From assembly GCA_964409375.1 (NCBI GenBank), contig CAYPDA010000004.1:4926-68925 (forward strand): a stretch of DNA of 64,000 nucleotides. The letters are read 5' to 3'. This DNA comes from an uncultured Hyphomonas sp. (GTDB taxonomy: Bacteria; Pseudomonadota; Alphaproteobacteria; Caulobacterales; Hyphomonadaceae). Of the stretch, positions 39,251-49,966 are shown in pieces; position 1 is the stretch's first letter, and every line of letters begins with the position of its first letter. The position numbers and the translations under genes are program-made. A model generated the notes under the pieces. The model was not told where the DNA came from. It saw only the letters and a list, made by a program, of their open reading frames with translations, and made no database searches.

Positions 39251-39330
39251 GCAGACACCCTCATCCTGCAGAGTTTACAGCTCATCCTGACCTTAAAGTT
39301 TGTTCTGGCCGGTGCGCAAGGCCGGACTCC

Positions 39331-39864
39331 TCACAGGCTAGCCGGACGTCCCGCTTCGCGTGTCCGTCCCATTTCTTCCGCTTCGCCGGTGATCCGGTCG
39401 GCGAGGCGTTCAAGATGCGGATAGGAGAAACTCTCGGTGATGAAAGGCGGAACGCGGTCATGATCAACGGCAACATTGAGCAGCACGGCAAAGAAGGCGA
39501 GTGCCACAGCGCCGCGGAAAATGCCGAAGAAGAGGCCGGCAATATGGTCGAACATGCCGATGTCGCCGTCCGTCATGATGGACTTCGACAGGCTTTGCCC
39601 GAACCATGCAACGATGACATAGACGATCAGGAAGGCCGTCACGACGAGGATGATGTCCGGCGCAAGCGGGTGCGTACCCTCCGGCAGCAGCCCAGCCACG
39701 GGGGCAGACAGGAATTTGCGGGCATAATAGGCAGCTGCCAGCGCGCCGATAAAGGCGCCAAGCGTGGCCAGTTCACGCAGGAAGCCGCGCGCGAATGCCA
39801 TGATCGCCGAAACGGCAATCACGGCGGCCACAATTCCGTCAAAAGCTGAAATGGATTCAAGCAT
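39331..39864 (-). CDS. cvpA: Colicin V production family membrane protein
   Basis: RGFLRE, DHIAGLFFGIFRG; lies between radA and purF. Confidence 0.9.
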   Translation of the reverse strand: MLESISAFDGIVAAVIAVSAIMAFARGFLRELATLGAFIGALAAAYYARKFLSAPVAGLLPEGTHPLAPDIILVVTAFLIVYVIVAWFGQSLSKSIMTDGDIGMFDHIAGLFFGIFRGAVALAFFAVLLNVAVDHDRVPPFITESFSYPHLERLADRITGEAEEMGRTREAGRPASL

Positions 39865-41239
39865 CAAGGCCGTCCGGCGCGAGGAGGTCGACGAGGGCGA
39901 TAAGCCTTGCAATCGGGCTGACCGTCAAGCCGCTGTCTGCGCCTGCGCTGCTATCGGGCGCAAATGCCTTATGGAAACCCAGCCGGGCCGCTTCCTTGAG
40001 GCGCTGATCCATGCGCGGGGCCGGTCGGACGGCGCCAGAGAGCGCCACCTCGCCGAAGAAAACGCTGCGCTCCGGCGCAGGATTGCCCGACAGTGAGGAG
40101 AGGAGCGCGGCGGCGGCGGCCAGGTCGCCGGCGGGTTCCGTGATCCGGTACCCGCCGGCGACGGACAGATAGACGTCCATGCCGGCCAGGTTGATGCCGC
40201 AGCGCGCCTCCAGCACCGCCAGCAACATGGCGAGGCGGCCGGAATCGAATCCGATGACGCTGCGCCTTGGTGTGCCGAACGGGCTCTTGGCGACCAGGGC
40301 CTGAACCTCGGCCAGCACAGGGCGGGAGCCTTCCATGGCCGCGAACACCGCCGTGCCGCCGCCGGCCTCTGCCTGCGCCGACAGAAACAGGGCGGATGGC
40401 TCCTTGGCAGGGGTCAGCCCCAGGGCGTGCATTTCGAAGATGCCGATCTCGTCGGTTGGCCCGAAACGATTCTTCACGGCGCGCAGGATGCGGAACTGAT
40501 GCCCCCGCTCGCCTTCGAAATAGAACACGGCGTCCACCATATGCTCGACCACGCGGGGGCCCGCGATGGTGCCTTCCTTGGTGACATGGCCGACGAGGAT
40601 CAGCGCTGCGCCGGACTTCTTGGCCCAGCGCACGAGCTCCTGGGCGCAGGCGCGGACCTGGGCCACCGAACCGGGCGCCGCTTCGAGACTATCCGACCAG
40701 AGCGTCTGGATGGAATCGATGACGACGAAATCAGGGCGCGCCTCGTTCAACGCGGCAAGGATCTTGCGCAGGTCCGTCTCCGTCGCGAGCTGGACCGGGG
40801 AATTGGCAACTTTCAGGCGTTTCGCCCGCTCCTGGATCTGGGCGGCGGCTTCCTCGCCCGAGACATAGACGGTCTTCACGCCGTTGCGCGCGAGACGGGC
40901 GGCGGCCTGGAGAAGAAGCGTCGATTTGCCGATGCCGGGATCGCCGCCAATCAGCGTGGCCGAGGCCGGCACGATGCCGCCGCCAAAGACGCGGTCGAGC
41001 TCGTCGACGCCGATGACGATGCGGCTGACGGCTTCGGTTTCGGCGTTGAGGGCCGTGAATTCTGCCCTGGGCCCGCGCTTGGCGGGCGATTTGCCGGCCT
41101 TGAGGCCGCCCGGCGGCGCGCGCGCTGTCTCTTCGACCATCGTGTTCCATTCCCCGCACGCCTCGCACCGCCCGGCCCATTTGGGATGCGCCGCGCCGCA
41201 GGCCTGGCAGACGAAGGTGGAAGTGGAGGTCCTGGCCAT
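39857..41239 (-). CDS. radA: DNA repair protein RadA/Sms
   Basis: C4 zinc finger, GDPGIGKST, DSIQT, KNRFG, GEVALSG. Confidence 0.97.
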   Translation of the reverse strand: MARTSTSTFVCQACGAAHPKWAGRCEACGEWNTMVEETARAPPGGLKAGKSPAKRGPRAEFTALNAETEAVSRIVIGVDELDRVFGGGIVPASATLIGGDPGIGKSTLLLQAAARLARNGVKTVYVSGEEAAAQIQERAKRLKVANSPVQLATETDLRKILAALNEARPDFVVIDSIQTLWSDSLEAAPGSVAQVRACAQELVRWAKKSGAALILVGHVTKEGTIAGPRVVEHMVDAVFYFEGERGHQFRILRAVKNRFGPTDEIGIFEMHALGLTPAKEPSALFLSAQAEAGGGTAVFAAMEGSRPVLAEVQALVAKSPFGTPRRSVIGFDSGRLAMLLAVLEARCGINLAGMDVYLSVAGGYRITEPAGDLAAAAALLSSLSGNPAPERSVFFGEVALSGAVRPAPRMDQRLKEAARLGFHKAFAPDSSAGADSGLTVSPIARLIALVDLLAPDGLDA

Positions 41240-41388
41240 AAGGGAATCGATTTTCGAATGGGAATGCAGCAGGCGAGTCTATGCGCCGGCGGGGCGCGGC
41301 GCAAATCCAAAGCCCCCCTGATCAGGTGACTTGCGGCTGGCGGCGCCTTTCGCGATGTTGCGAGTGGCCATTCAATTGGGGACGACTG

Positions 41389-41832
41389 ATGAGACTGAGA
41401 CCACTTGCCGCTGCCATCCTGCTGGGCTCGGCCGCCCTGCCGGCGGCGGCGCAATATGACGATTCCGCCAACATCAATGCCGCCTTCCACGCCGGCAAGG
41501 CGTCCGGCGTCACCCCGCAGACGACGCGCGAGACATGGAGCTGCGCGGCGTTCTGGTTTGTCTGGTCGCAGTTCGTGGAGGATGAGTTCGGCGAGGCGAT
41601 GCGTGCAAAGCTGGACCCGGCGCTCGCCAAACCCGGCGCGCTGGCTGCCGCCAGCCACTGGGAAAGCGCCGCGACCGCCCATCTCGGCATGGCCGAGCTC
41701 GACCCGGAGACCAGGAAATATATTGACCAGCAGGTCGCCCTCGCCTGGATGATGGGCGAGGGCATCGTGATGGGCGAGGACTATGACTTTGCCGACATTC
41801 TTGGCAGCTGCGCCGTGCCGTTGCCTGAGTAG
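41389..41832 (+). CDS. Hypothetical exported protein
   Basis: Signal MRLRPLAAAILLGSAALPAAA; two Cys; host-like codon use. Confidence 0.7.
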   Translation: MRLRPLAAAILLGSAALPAAAQYDDSANINAAFHAGKASGVTPQTTRETWSCAAFWFVWSQFVEDEFGEAMRAKLDPALAKPGALAAASHWESAATAHLGMAELDPETRKYIDQQVALAWMMGEGIVMGEDYDFADILGSCAVPLPE

Positions 41833-41868
41833 CTGGCAACGCCTGCGCCCGCCCGCTAAAGGGGCGGG

Positions 41869-43065
41869 ATGAAACAGATTGCGATCATCGGGGCGGGGCC
41901 GGCTGGGCTGATGGCGGCGGAGGCTGCCCTCGAGGCCGGCGCGCGCGTTTCGATTTACGATGCGATGCCAAGTCCCGCGCGCAAATTCCTGATGGCCGGC
42001 AAGAGCGGGCTGAACATCACCCATTCGGAAGATGCCAAGATATTCCGGTCCCGGTATACCGCGCCGGACGCGCGCCTCACAGCGTTCGTGGAAGCCTTCG
42101 GTCCGGACGAGATCAGGGCCTGGATGGCCGGGCTTGGCATTGAAAGCTATGCAGGCTCCTCGGGCCGGGTGTTCCCGGTCGGCATGAAAAGCTCGCCGCT
42201 GCTGCGCCGCTGGCTGGCGCGGCTGGGCGCAGCAGGCGCTGCGCTGCACACCCGCCATCGCTGGACGGGATGGGAGGCGGGGGCGCCCGTGTTCGAGGCG
42301 CCGGTGGGGCCGGTGCGGGTTGAGGCGGATCGCGCCATCCTCGCCCTCGGCGGCGCCAGCTGGAGCCGGCTCGGATCAAATGGGGCGTGGGCGGATATTC
42401 TGGCGGCGCGCGGGGTTGAGATCGAGCCTTTCCGGCCCTCCAATTGCGGCTTCACGCTGGACTGGTCCGATCGGTTGCTTGCAACGCATGAAGGCGCCCC
42501 GGTCAAGGGCGTCAGCCTGTCCGTGGGCAGACAGCCTCAAAGGGGCGATTTTGTAATTACACGAACAGGCATCGAGAGCGGCGCCGTCTATCCGCTGGCG
42601 GCCGCGCTGGGGGCGGCTATTTCGGCCGGTGGCACGGCGACGCTCACCGTCGACCTTTTGCCGGATACGGATGAAGCCGCCCTGGCCGCACGCCTTGAAG
42701 CGGCCAGCCCGAAAGTCTCCGTGTCGAACCGCCTGCGCAAGGCGGCGCGGCTCGACGCGGTGAAGATCGCGCTCGTCAACGAAGTGACCCGCGGCGCCCC
42801 GCCAAGGGACCCTGCGACCCTCGCCCGTTTCCTCAAGGCTTTGCCCCTGACGCTCACCGGGACAGCGCCGATGGACGCGGCCATCTCCACTGCCGGCGGC
42901 GTGTCATGGGCGGCGCTGGATGATCACCTGATGCTGAAGGCTGTTGGAGGCACGTACTGTGCCGGCGAGATGATCGCCTGGGACGCGCCGACCGGCGGCT
43001 ATCTGCTGAGCGCGTGCCTTGCGATGGGGCGGGCCGCGGGAATTGCGGCGGCTCAGCCCTCGTAG
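41869..43065 (+). CDS. HI0933/BaiN-family flavoprotein (TIGR03862-like)
   Basis: [45 protein letters not shown]. Confidence 0.9.
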   Translation: MKQIAIIGAGPAGLMAAEAALEAGARVSIYDAMPSPARKFLMAGKSGLNITHSEDAKIFRSRYTAPDARLTAFVEAFGPDEIRAWMAGLGIESYAGSSGRVFPVGMKSSPLLRRWLARLGAAGAALHTRHRWTGWEAGAPVFEAPVGPVRVEADRAILALGGASWSRLGSNGAWADILAARGVEIEPFRPSNCGFTLDWSDRLLATHEGAPVKGVSLSVGRQPQRGDFVITRTGIESGAVYPLAAALGAAISAGGTATLTVDLLPDTDEAALAARLEAASPKVSVSNRLRKAARLDAVKIALVNEVTRGAPPRDPATLARFLKALPLTLTGTAPMDAAISTAGGVSWAALDDHLMLKAVGGTYCAGEMIAWDAPTGGYLLSACLAMGRAAGIAAAQPS

Positions 43066-43171
43066 TGCCCCGGGCAGGTTTGTCTGCGCAGTCGCTGGCA
43101 TGCATGCAGGGGCGGCTTGCCTTTTCTGCGCCGAATGGTTGTCTAGAAGTGCAATCTGGAAAGCCCTTTTC

Positions 43172-43438
43172 ATGGCCCTCAGTATCAATACCGAAGAAGC
43201 AGACCGCCTCGCGCGCCTGCTCGCACAACTGACGGGCGAAACGATGAACGAGGCCGTCACCAGATCTTTGCGGGAGCGGCTGGACCGATTGCGCGGGGCG
43301 CAATCGGTTGAACTGTATGTCGCAGAAGGACTGGCTTTCGCAGGGTCCATTCGCCGCCGATACGGCCGGGCGAGGCCTGTCACTGCGGAAGAGTGGGACG
43401 ATGGGGGCGGCGATGATTTCGACCGGAAAGCGGGTTGA
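43172..43438 (+). CDS. vapB: VapB antitoxin (Rv0623-like)
   Basis: MALSI....DRLAR.LA..TGET..EAV..SLRERL pattern; 4-nt overlap with the PIN gene. Confidence 0.8.
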   Translation: MALSINTEEADRLARLLAQLTGETMNEAVTRSLRERLDRLRGAQSVELYVAEGLAFAGSIRRRYGRARPVTAEEWDDGGGDDFDRKAG

Positions 43439-43857
43439 AACTCGTTGTAGATTCCTCGGCCATAGTGGCGGTTCTGCGCGGCGAAGCTGTAACGGAGCGA
43501 TGTCTTGCTGCGCTTGCGGGAGGCTGGCGAGACCTGATCAGGGCCGCAAACCATGTGGAAACAGGGACCGTGATGGCGCAGCGCGCGCTACCGCCGGACC
43601 GAGGGCAGGCTCTGCATGATCTTGATCGGTTTTTGAGCCTGTATGAGATCGTGATCGCTCCGGTGACGCAAGACCATGCCCGCATTGCCTTCAATGCCAG
43701 GATCAGGTTCGCCGGAGGATTTGGCGCAGCCGCAGGTCGGAATTTCGAGGACGGCTTTGCCTATGCGCCGGCGAAGTCCGAAAATGCGAAGCTACTCCAT
43801 GTCGGCAATGATTTTGGAATGACGGATGTGGAGAGTGCGCTACAGGCGCAGCTTTAG
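43435..43857 (+). CDS. vapC: VapC PIN-domain toxin (possibly decaying)
   Basis: VVDSSA, NFxDxFAYA, GNDFxxTD; TTG start. Confidence 0.8.
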   Translation: MKLVVDSSAIVAVLRGEAVTERCLAALAGGWRDLIRAANHVETGTVMAQRALPPDRGQALHDLDRFLSLYEIVIAPVTQDHARIAFNARIRFAGGFGAAAGRNFEDGFAYAPAKSENAKLLHVGNDFGMTDVESALQAQL

Positions 43858-44630
43858 ATCGCCGGCTGGATCGGCCCGTCCGCCCGTCCGTTCACGAACT
43901 GGTCGACATAGTCGTTGCCGCTGGCATAGACGTCCGCTGCCGCGCCACGCCAGTTGATGCGGCCTTCGAAAAGCATGGCGATTTCATCGGCGATCTTTCT
44001 GGCCGACGCCATGTCGTGCGTGATCGTCACGGCGGCGGCGCCGAGGCCGCTCACCATTTCGCGGATCAGGTCGTTGATTGCATCGGCCGTGATCGGATCA
44101 AGGCCCGTGGTCGGCTCGTCAAAGAAGATCAGTTCGGGTTCGGAAATGATGGAGCGGGCCAGCGAGACGCGCTTCTGCATGCCGCCTGAAATCTCGGCCG
44201 GAAACAGTTCTGCAACTTCCGTCCCGAGGCGGACTTTTTTCAGCGTCGCGATCGCGCGTTCTTTCGCGGCTTTTCGGTTCATGCGTTCGGAATGGATCAG
44301 GCGGAAGGCGACATTTTCCCAGACCGTAAGCGAGTCAAACAGCGCGCCCGCCTGAAACAGCATGCCGATGCGCGCGCGCATCGCCTCGCGCGCCTTGCCT
44401 TTGGCATTGGTCACATCCTCGCCGTCGAACAGGATGCGGCCGGTGCCGGGCGTCATCAGGCCGAGTGCGGTCTTGAGCATAACCGACTTGCCGGAGCCCG
44501 ATCCGCCGATGATGACCAGGCTCTGCCCGCGCGCAACATCAATGTCCACGCCGCGCAGGACATGGTTCTTGCCGAAAGACTTCTCGACATTCTCGAGTTT
44601 CAGGAGGGGCTGCACGGCGGTCTCCGTCAC
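43854..44630 (-). CDS. mlaF: MlaF-type ABC transporter ATP-binding protein
   Basis: GGSGSGKS, LFQAGALFDS, SGGMQKR, FDEPTTGLDP, ITHD. Confidence 0.88.
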   Translation of the reverse strand: MTETAVQPLLKLENVEKSFGKNHVLRGVDIDVARGQSLVIIGGSGSGKSVMLKTALGLMTPGTGRILFDGEDVTNAKGKAREAMRARIGMLFQAGALFDSLTVWENVAFRLIHSERMNRKAAKERAIATLKKVRLGTEVAELFPAEISGGMQKRVSLARSIISEPELIFFDEPTTGLDPITADAINDLIREMVSGLGAAAVTITHDMASARKIADEIAMLFEGRINWRGAAADVYASGNDYVDQFVNGRADGPIQPAI

Positions 44631-45409
44631 AGGCCGATCCCCACGAAGATCGAGGACAGGACATAGTTGAAGGCGAGGATCAACACCGCCGCACCGACCA
44701 TCGAAAGCGTCGCTGCGCGGCCCACGCCGGTCGCGCCGGCCTGGCTGCGGTCACCCTGATAGCAGCCCATGACGGCGATGATGGCGCCGAAGAAGACCGC
44801 CTTGATCAGGCCGACCGCGATGTCATTGCCGGTTACGAAGTCGATCGTGTTGCGCAGGTAGACGGTGGAGTCGAAGCCGAGCCCGTAAATGCTGACCAGC
44901 CAGCCGCCCATCACGCCGATGATGTTGGCCAGTCCCACGAGGATTGGCAGGGTGACCAGCGCCGCCAGGAAACGCGGCGCGTAGAGATAGCGTTCGCGCG
45001 GCGCGGAGAGCGTTTCGAGGGCGTCGATCTGTTCGGTCACGCGCATCGCGCCGATCTCCGCCGCAATGCCCGCCGAGACGCGGCCCGCCAGCATCAGGCC
45101 CGTGATGACTGCGCCAAGTTCCCGCGAGATGCCGAGCACGACGATGCTGGGCACGAACTGCTCCGCGCCGTAGCGGCTGCCGCCTTCATAGATGTTGAGC
45201 GCCAGCGCTGCGCCGATGAACACGGCGGCGAGGCCGACCACGGGAAGCGAGTAATAGCCGATCCTGACCATCTGGCGGAGGATTTCCGCGCCATACCAGC
45301 GGGGCGTGAAGGCCGCCGTGATGACCCGCCCTGAAAAGAGGCTCAGCCGCCCGATCTCGGCGAACAATCCGAGCGTCGCCCGGCCGGTGAGCTGTATGGG
45401 GTTGTGCAT
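44627..45409 (-). CDS. mlaE: MlaE-family ABC permease
   Basis: RELGAV, AGRV, EIGAMRVTEQIDAL, GVGRAAT. Confidence 0.9.
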   Translation of the reverse strand: MHNPIQLTGRATLGLFAEIGRLSLFSGRVITAAFTPRWYGAEILRQMVRIGYYSLPVVGLAAVFIGAALALNIYEGGSRYGAEQFVPSIVVLGISRELGAVITGLMLAGRVSAGIAAEIGAMRVTEQIDALETLSAPRERYLYAPRFLAALVTLPILVGLANIIGVMGGWLVSIYGLGFDSTVYLRNTIDFVTGNDIAVGLIKAVFFGAIIAVMGCYQGDRSQAGATGVGRAATLSMVGAAVLILAFNYVLSSIFVGIGL

Positions 45410-45418
45410 GGTCAGGCT

Positions 45419-46474
45419 TCAGCGGTAGACACGTTGAACACGGGGGCCAAGTCCTGTCAGCAGTTCATAGCCGAGCGTACCGCACGCAGCCGCCTGCGCT
45501 TCTAGCTTGGCATTCTCCCCCAGGAATTCAACCCGGGCGCCCGGCTTTGCGGCGCGCGCGCAGCCAGTTACGTCCAGCGTGATCAGATCCATGGAGACAC
45601 GGCCGAGCACCGGGCAAGCCTGCCCCTCCAGCCAGCCCGTCAGCCGGTTGGCGCCCGCGCGCGGCAACCCGTCCGCATAGCCGATGGCGCAGGTCGCAAG
45701 GAGGCGGTCTTCCTCCAGCCTGTGGGTCGCGCCATAGCCGACGCTGGTGCCCTTGCGGCCGGTGAACAGGCTGAGGATCGCCGCTTCGAGGACGACGCCG
45801 GGCTTGAGCCGCACGCTGGCGGGCGGCACCGAGCCGCCAAAGAGGGCAAGGCCCGGCCGCGTCAGATCATAGGCATACCCCTTGCCCAGATAGCAGCCCG
45901 CGGAATTGGCGAGGCTCGCCGGTGTGTCCGGGAAAGCGTCGGCGATGTCGTTAAAGGCGGCGCGCTGCGCGGCGTTCATCGGGCTGTCCGCCTCATCGGC
46001 GCAGGCAAGGTGGCTCATCACCAGCACCGGTTGCAGCCGGTTGAGCGCGGTGGACCCGGTGGCCGCCATCGTGGCCGGCAGGCCCAGCCGGTTCATGCCG
46101 GTGTCGAAATGCAGCGCGCAGGTGCCCTTTGGCGCGGAGGACCACAGTTTGACGTGTGCCTCGCTGGAGAGCACTGCGGTCAGCCCGGCATCACGGTAGA
46201 CGGCGAGTTCGCCGCGCTGCGGCCCGTTCAGCACGAAGATGCGCGGACTTCGGCCCACGGCCTTGCGAACGGTCAGGCCCTCTTCGGCAAAGGCGACGAA
46301 GAAGGTCTCGCACCCTGCGGCGCGAAGCGCCCGCGAGACCCGCGCCGCGCCGAGGCCGTAGCTATCGGCCTTCACCACCGCAGCGGTGGTTGCAGATGGG
46401 TGGAGCGCGTCGAGAACCTGCCAGTTCTCAACGATGTTCTGTGTCATGACATGGGCGCGGGGCATGAGGCTCAT
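45419..46474 (-). CDS. alr: Alanine racemase
   Basis: AVVKADSYG, DTGMNRLG, SHLACAD, RPGLALFG, GYADG, GRVSMD. Confidence 0.95.
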   Translation of the reverse strand: MSLMPRAHVMTQNIVENWQVLDALHPSATTAAVVKADSYGLGAARVSRALRAAGCETFFVAFAEEGLTVRKAVGRSPRIFVLNGPQRGELAVYRDAGLTAVLSSEAHVKLWSSAPKGTCALHFDTGMNRLGLPATMAATGSTALNRLQPVLVMSHLACADEADSPMNAAQRAAFNDIADAFPDTPASLANSAGCYLGKGYAYDLTRPGLALFGGSVPPASVRLKPGVVLEAAILSLFTGRKGTSVGYGATHRLEEDRLLATCAIGYADGLPRAGANRLTGWLEGQACPVLGRVSMDLITLDVTGCARAAKPGARVEFLGENAKLEAQAAACGTLGYELLTGLGPRVQRVYR

Positions 46475-46506
46475 GGCCTCACCGCTAGGCCAGTTTCAGC
46501 GGCTTG

Positions 46507-47988
46507 TCATCCTGCCCGCCCTCCCGGTTCATGCCGTTGGACCCAGGCGGAGCCCTTCATGTTCCAGACCGGCGTCGAAAGCGCGATCCAGACGATCAGG
46601 ATCAGCATGCCGCCGGCCGGCACGACGGCGATTTTCTGCGGCCCGAACAGGTCCACCAGCGCGCCCATCATGGCCGCGCCGATGGGCGCGCCGGCCATGA
46701 AGCCGAGCTGGTAGATCGACAGCACGCGGGCCAGCTGGGCCCTCGGGGCAGCGTCCTGCACGATGGCGCGGCTCATCGCGATGGAGATGCCGGCGGCAAG
46801 GCCCCAGACGAACACGATCAGCAGGAAGGCCCAGTGCGGCACGGTCCAGAACAGGACGAGGATGCTGGTGGACCCCAGGAACTGCGCGATCAGCAACAGC
46901 CGCCCCTGCCGCTTGATCCGCCGGAACACCGCAAGCACCACGGAGGAGACGAAGGCGCCCATCCAGAACGTCACGAACATGTCGCGGATACCGGATGAGC
47001 CTAGCTGGTAGACGTCCCGGTTGATAATCGGCAGCACCACGAGGAAAGCGCCGATGACGAACACGCCGACGCCGAACATCAGCAGCGTCATCGCCCATAG
47101 CTTGCCGTCACCTCGCACGGCGCGCATACCCTCCAGAATGTCCCCGAACGCCGCACCAAAGCCCTGGCGCCCGGTGCGCACCTGCTTGCCGCGTGCCATG
47201 AACAGCGCAAAGCCCGCGCCAAAAGCGAGGCAGATCCCCTGGATGGCCAGCAGCGTCTGCGCCGAAACCGGCCCGGCGAGGAACCCGCCCAACCAGGCCG
47301 GCATCCGTGTCGCCTGGTCGGCATAGCCGGCGAGCGTCAGCCCGGCGATCTGGGCCAGAAACTGTGCCATGGTGGCCAGTGTCACGCCGAGTTGCAGGGT
47401 CAGGCCCGAGCCCACTCTCATGCGCCGCTCGACCACCTCGTTCACGATCGCGTCGCGGGCCGGCATCATGAAGGCGCCGACCGTGCCGATCGAGAGCCCG
47501 TAGAGGATCATGCCGCCATAGCTGAGCTCGCCGCGTGAGACGGCGAGGGCAAGGAAGAGCGCCGGCAGCGCCGCCAGAAGGTGCAGGAGGATCAGCAGAC
47601 GCCGCCCGTCTGCGCGCTCAGCCACGACGCCGCCGATCAGCAGGAAGATCACCGACGGCGCGGAGAGCGCCATATTGGCGAGGCCGAGCGCCAGGCCGTC
47701 CAGATTGAGATGGCCGCGGCCGGTGATCAGATAGGGAAAAAGCACCAGCTGCAGGCCGAAGGCCATGAACCAGCTGCACTGGACGCCGAGATAGGCCGGA
47801 AGCTCGATCTTCACCCCGCGCCTCAGGCGCCGGGCCCGCCAGCCATCGGCGGTCACAAGCAGGGAGGCCCCGGCCGTGATCGCCTCACTCAGCCCGCTGA
47901 CGGGCGAGGTCGTGTCTGCCTGCGCGTCGCCCGGCGTCTCCCGGGCGGCAGGGTAATCGTCGTCACCGGGAGGCGTCTGGTTCGTCAT
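46507..47988 (-). CDS. MFS transporter
   Basis: Motif A-like GGVVAERADGRR; about 12 TM segments. Confidence 0.88.
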   Translation of the reverse strand: MTNQTPPGDDDYPAARETPGDAQADTTSPVSGLSEAITAGASLLVTADGWRARRLRRGVKIELPAYLGVQCSWFMAFGLQLVLFPYLITGRGHLNLDGLALGLANMALSAPSVIFLLIGGVVAERADGRRLLILLHLLAALPALFLALAVSRGELSYGGMILYGLSIGTVGAFMMPARDAIVNEVVERRMRVGSGLTLQLGVTLATMAQFLAQIAGLTLAGYADQATRMPAWLGGFLAGPVSAQTLLAIQGICLAFGAGFALFMARGKQVRTGRQGFGAAFGDILEGMRAVRGDGKLWAMTLLMFGVGVFVIGAFLVVLPIINRDVYQLGSSGIRDMFVTFWMGAFVSSVVLAVFRRIKRQGRLLLIAQFLGSTSILVLFWTVPHWAFLLIVFVWGLAAGISIAMSRAIVQDAAPRAQLARVLSIYQLGFMAGAPIGAAMMGALVDLFGPQKIAVVPAGGMLILIVWIALSTPVWNMKGSAWVQRHEPGGRAG

Positions 47989-48127
47989 CTGTCCCTTCCA
48001 CACAGCCGGTGAACACCATGCCACGCGCCACTGCAAGAGAGGCCGGTCCGCCGCCGCCTGGCCCGGTTGCATTGGCCCGGCCGGCCCGGTAAGTTCGAGG
48101 CTGGTAAGCCAGCGAGCGAGGCACCTG

Positions 48128-48577
48128 ATGAGGACGTTCCGGCACTTGATCAGCTGGGTGCTGGCCCTCGTGCTGATCGCCTTCTGCCTCCACCTTACCC
48201 TGCATCCCCTGCCTGAGCCGCCGCGGGGCATGGTGAAGTTCTTTGACCCTCCCGGCGATCATGCCGTCTTTGCCGCATTGGCGGACCGCACGGGCCTCAC
48301 CCTGTTCGAACCGGCGGGCCGGTTCGTTGCGGGTGTCCTTGAATTGCTGGCGGCGCTGTTGATCCTGGTACCGTTCACCCGCCGGCTGGGCGCCGGGATG
48401 CTGGTGATCATGTTCGGGGTGGGCCTTGGCCTCCACCTGTCGCCCTGGCTTGGCCGCGAAGTCATGATGGCCGGCGGGATGACCGATGACGGCGTGCAGT
48501 TCCTCAACACAGTTATTGTGTTCGCCCTCGCCATCCTGCTGCTCGTCGTGCATCCGGGCAAGGCGCGCGGCCGTTAA
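48128..48577 (+). CDS. DoxX-like membrane protein
   Basis: Four hydrophobic segments; FEPAGR..GVLEL...LILVP.TRRLGA pattern. Confidence 0.7.
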   Translation: MRTFRHLISWVLALVLIAFCLHLTLHPLPEPPRGMVKFFDPPGDHAVFAALADRTGLTLFEPAGRFVAGVLELLAALLILVPFTRRLGAGMLVIMFGVGLGLHLSPWLGREVMMAGGMTDDGVQFLNTVIVFALAILLLVVHPGKARGR

Positions 48578-48682
48578 CATCCTGAAAGTAAAGGTTTCCG
48601 GGCGCCGGCCTTCAAGGGGCTCAGGTCCACAACTCGTTAACGCATTGGCGGTTATCATAAAGGCTCGAACCGAGGCGGGCAG

Positions 48683-49885
48683 ATGATTGATGAGCCAGAG
48701 TCGGACAAGGCCAGCCCTGCCGGAGCTGCACGCGATGCACTCCTGAGGCGTATTCTTGATGTGGTCTCCCTGCCAGCCTCGCGCGTGCCGCCGCAGGACC
48801 GCCAGATGGCGGGAGACATCCTGCTCGACCTGTTGTTCCATGCCGGATCGCGCGAGCGCATGATGTGCGCCCAGCGCCTGGCGGCGAGCCGGGAAGCGCC
48901 GCGGCGCCTGCTGCGCTACCTCGCCCAGTCCGAATTCCAGATCGCCCGGCCGCTGCTTGAGGAAAGCGAGGCGTTCGACGACTGTGATCTTGCAGAGATC
49001 GTGCAGCTGGGAACGGCCGAACACCGGCTCGCAATTGCGAGGCGCCGCAATCTGAGCGTGGCCGCGACCGCCGCCCTTTCGATCCATGGCGAGGCGCATG
49101 TCGTGCGCGACCTGCTGACCAACCGGACCGCCGCCTTCGCCGAGACAACGATTGACCGGCTGGTTGCCAAGTCGCGCGAAGAGCCGGCGTTCTGCGCCCT
49201 GCTGGTTGACCGGATAGAACTCAAGCCCTCGCATGCGATGGCGATGTTCTGGTGGTCGGACGGGACGACGCGCCGCAAGATCCTGACACGCCATGCCGCG
49301 GACCGGGCAGAGCTCATCTCGATGTGTTCCGATGTGTTTGAGATGGCCGCCGCCGAAAACTGGAGCGATCCCGTGGCGCGCAAAGGCCTGCAGCTTATCG
49401 AGCGGCGCCAGCGCAATCGTGCGGCGATAGAGCGCAGCCCGTATGGAAGCCTCGAAGAAGCGATCGAGGCGGCTGGCAGTGAAGGCATGAACGCGCAGAT
49501 CGCGCAGGAGATCGGTTATCTTTCGGGGATCAAGCCGGTTACCGCTGCAAAGATACTGTCCGATGCCGGCGGCGAAGGCCTCGCGGTCCTGTGCAAGGGC
49601 ACCGGCCTCAAGCGTGGATACCTCCCCATGCTGTGGAAGGCGCTGCGCCGGCCCCTGGAGCTCGATGTGGGCATTCAAAATCCGCATTTCGCGCTGGTGT
49701 CTGAAATTTATGAAGTGCTCTCGGTCGCCCGGGCGCAGACGACGCTTCGATACTGGAACTGGTCGCTCTCATCCGCCTACTCGCCCTCGGCGCTGCGCAA
49801 TGCGCAGCAATTGGGCGATCCGGCGAATGAAGAAGCAGAATTTTCCGCCGCTCAGCGCACGGCTCGCCTCGTCTTCGGGCGGTAG
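48683..49885 (+). CDS. DUF2336 domain protein
   Basis: IARPLLEES, HRLAIARRR, LLTNRTA patterns; helical. Confidence 0.78.
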   Translation: MIDEPESDKASPAGAARDALLRRILDVVSLPASRVPPQDRQMAGDILLDLLFHAGSRERMMCAQRLAASREAPRRLLRYLAQSEFQIARPLLEESEAFDDCDLAEIVQLGTAEHRLAIARRRNLSVAATAALSIHGEAHVVRDLLTNRTAAFAETTIDRLVAKSREEPAFCALLVDRIELKPSHAMAMFWWSDGTTRRKILTRHAADRAELISMCSDVFEMAAAENWSDPVARKGLQLIERRQRNRAAIERSPYGSLEEAIEAAGSEGMNAQIAQEIGYLSGIKPVTAAKILSDAGGEGLAVLCKGTGLKRGYLPMLWKALRRPLELDVGIQNPHFALVSEIYEVLSVARAQTTLRYWNWSLSSAYSPSALRNAQQLGDPANEEAEFSAAQRTARLVFGR

Positions 49886-49966
49886 TGTCTTTTTCGTCGC
49901 ACGCAGGCTTCCCAAGCTGGCCTCTGCCCTTTAGGTGGAGCGTTCACCAAACGGGACTGTTCGGAG

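Noticed and set aside
41300-43857. Mobile element or prophage carrying vapBC
   Set aside because: No integrase, transposase or flanking direct repeats seen.
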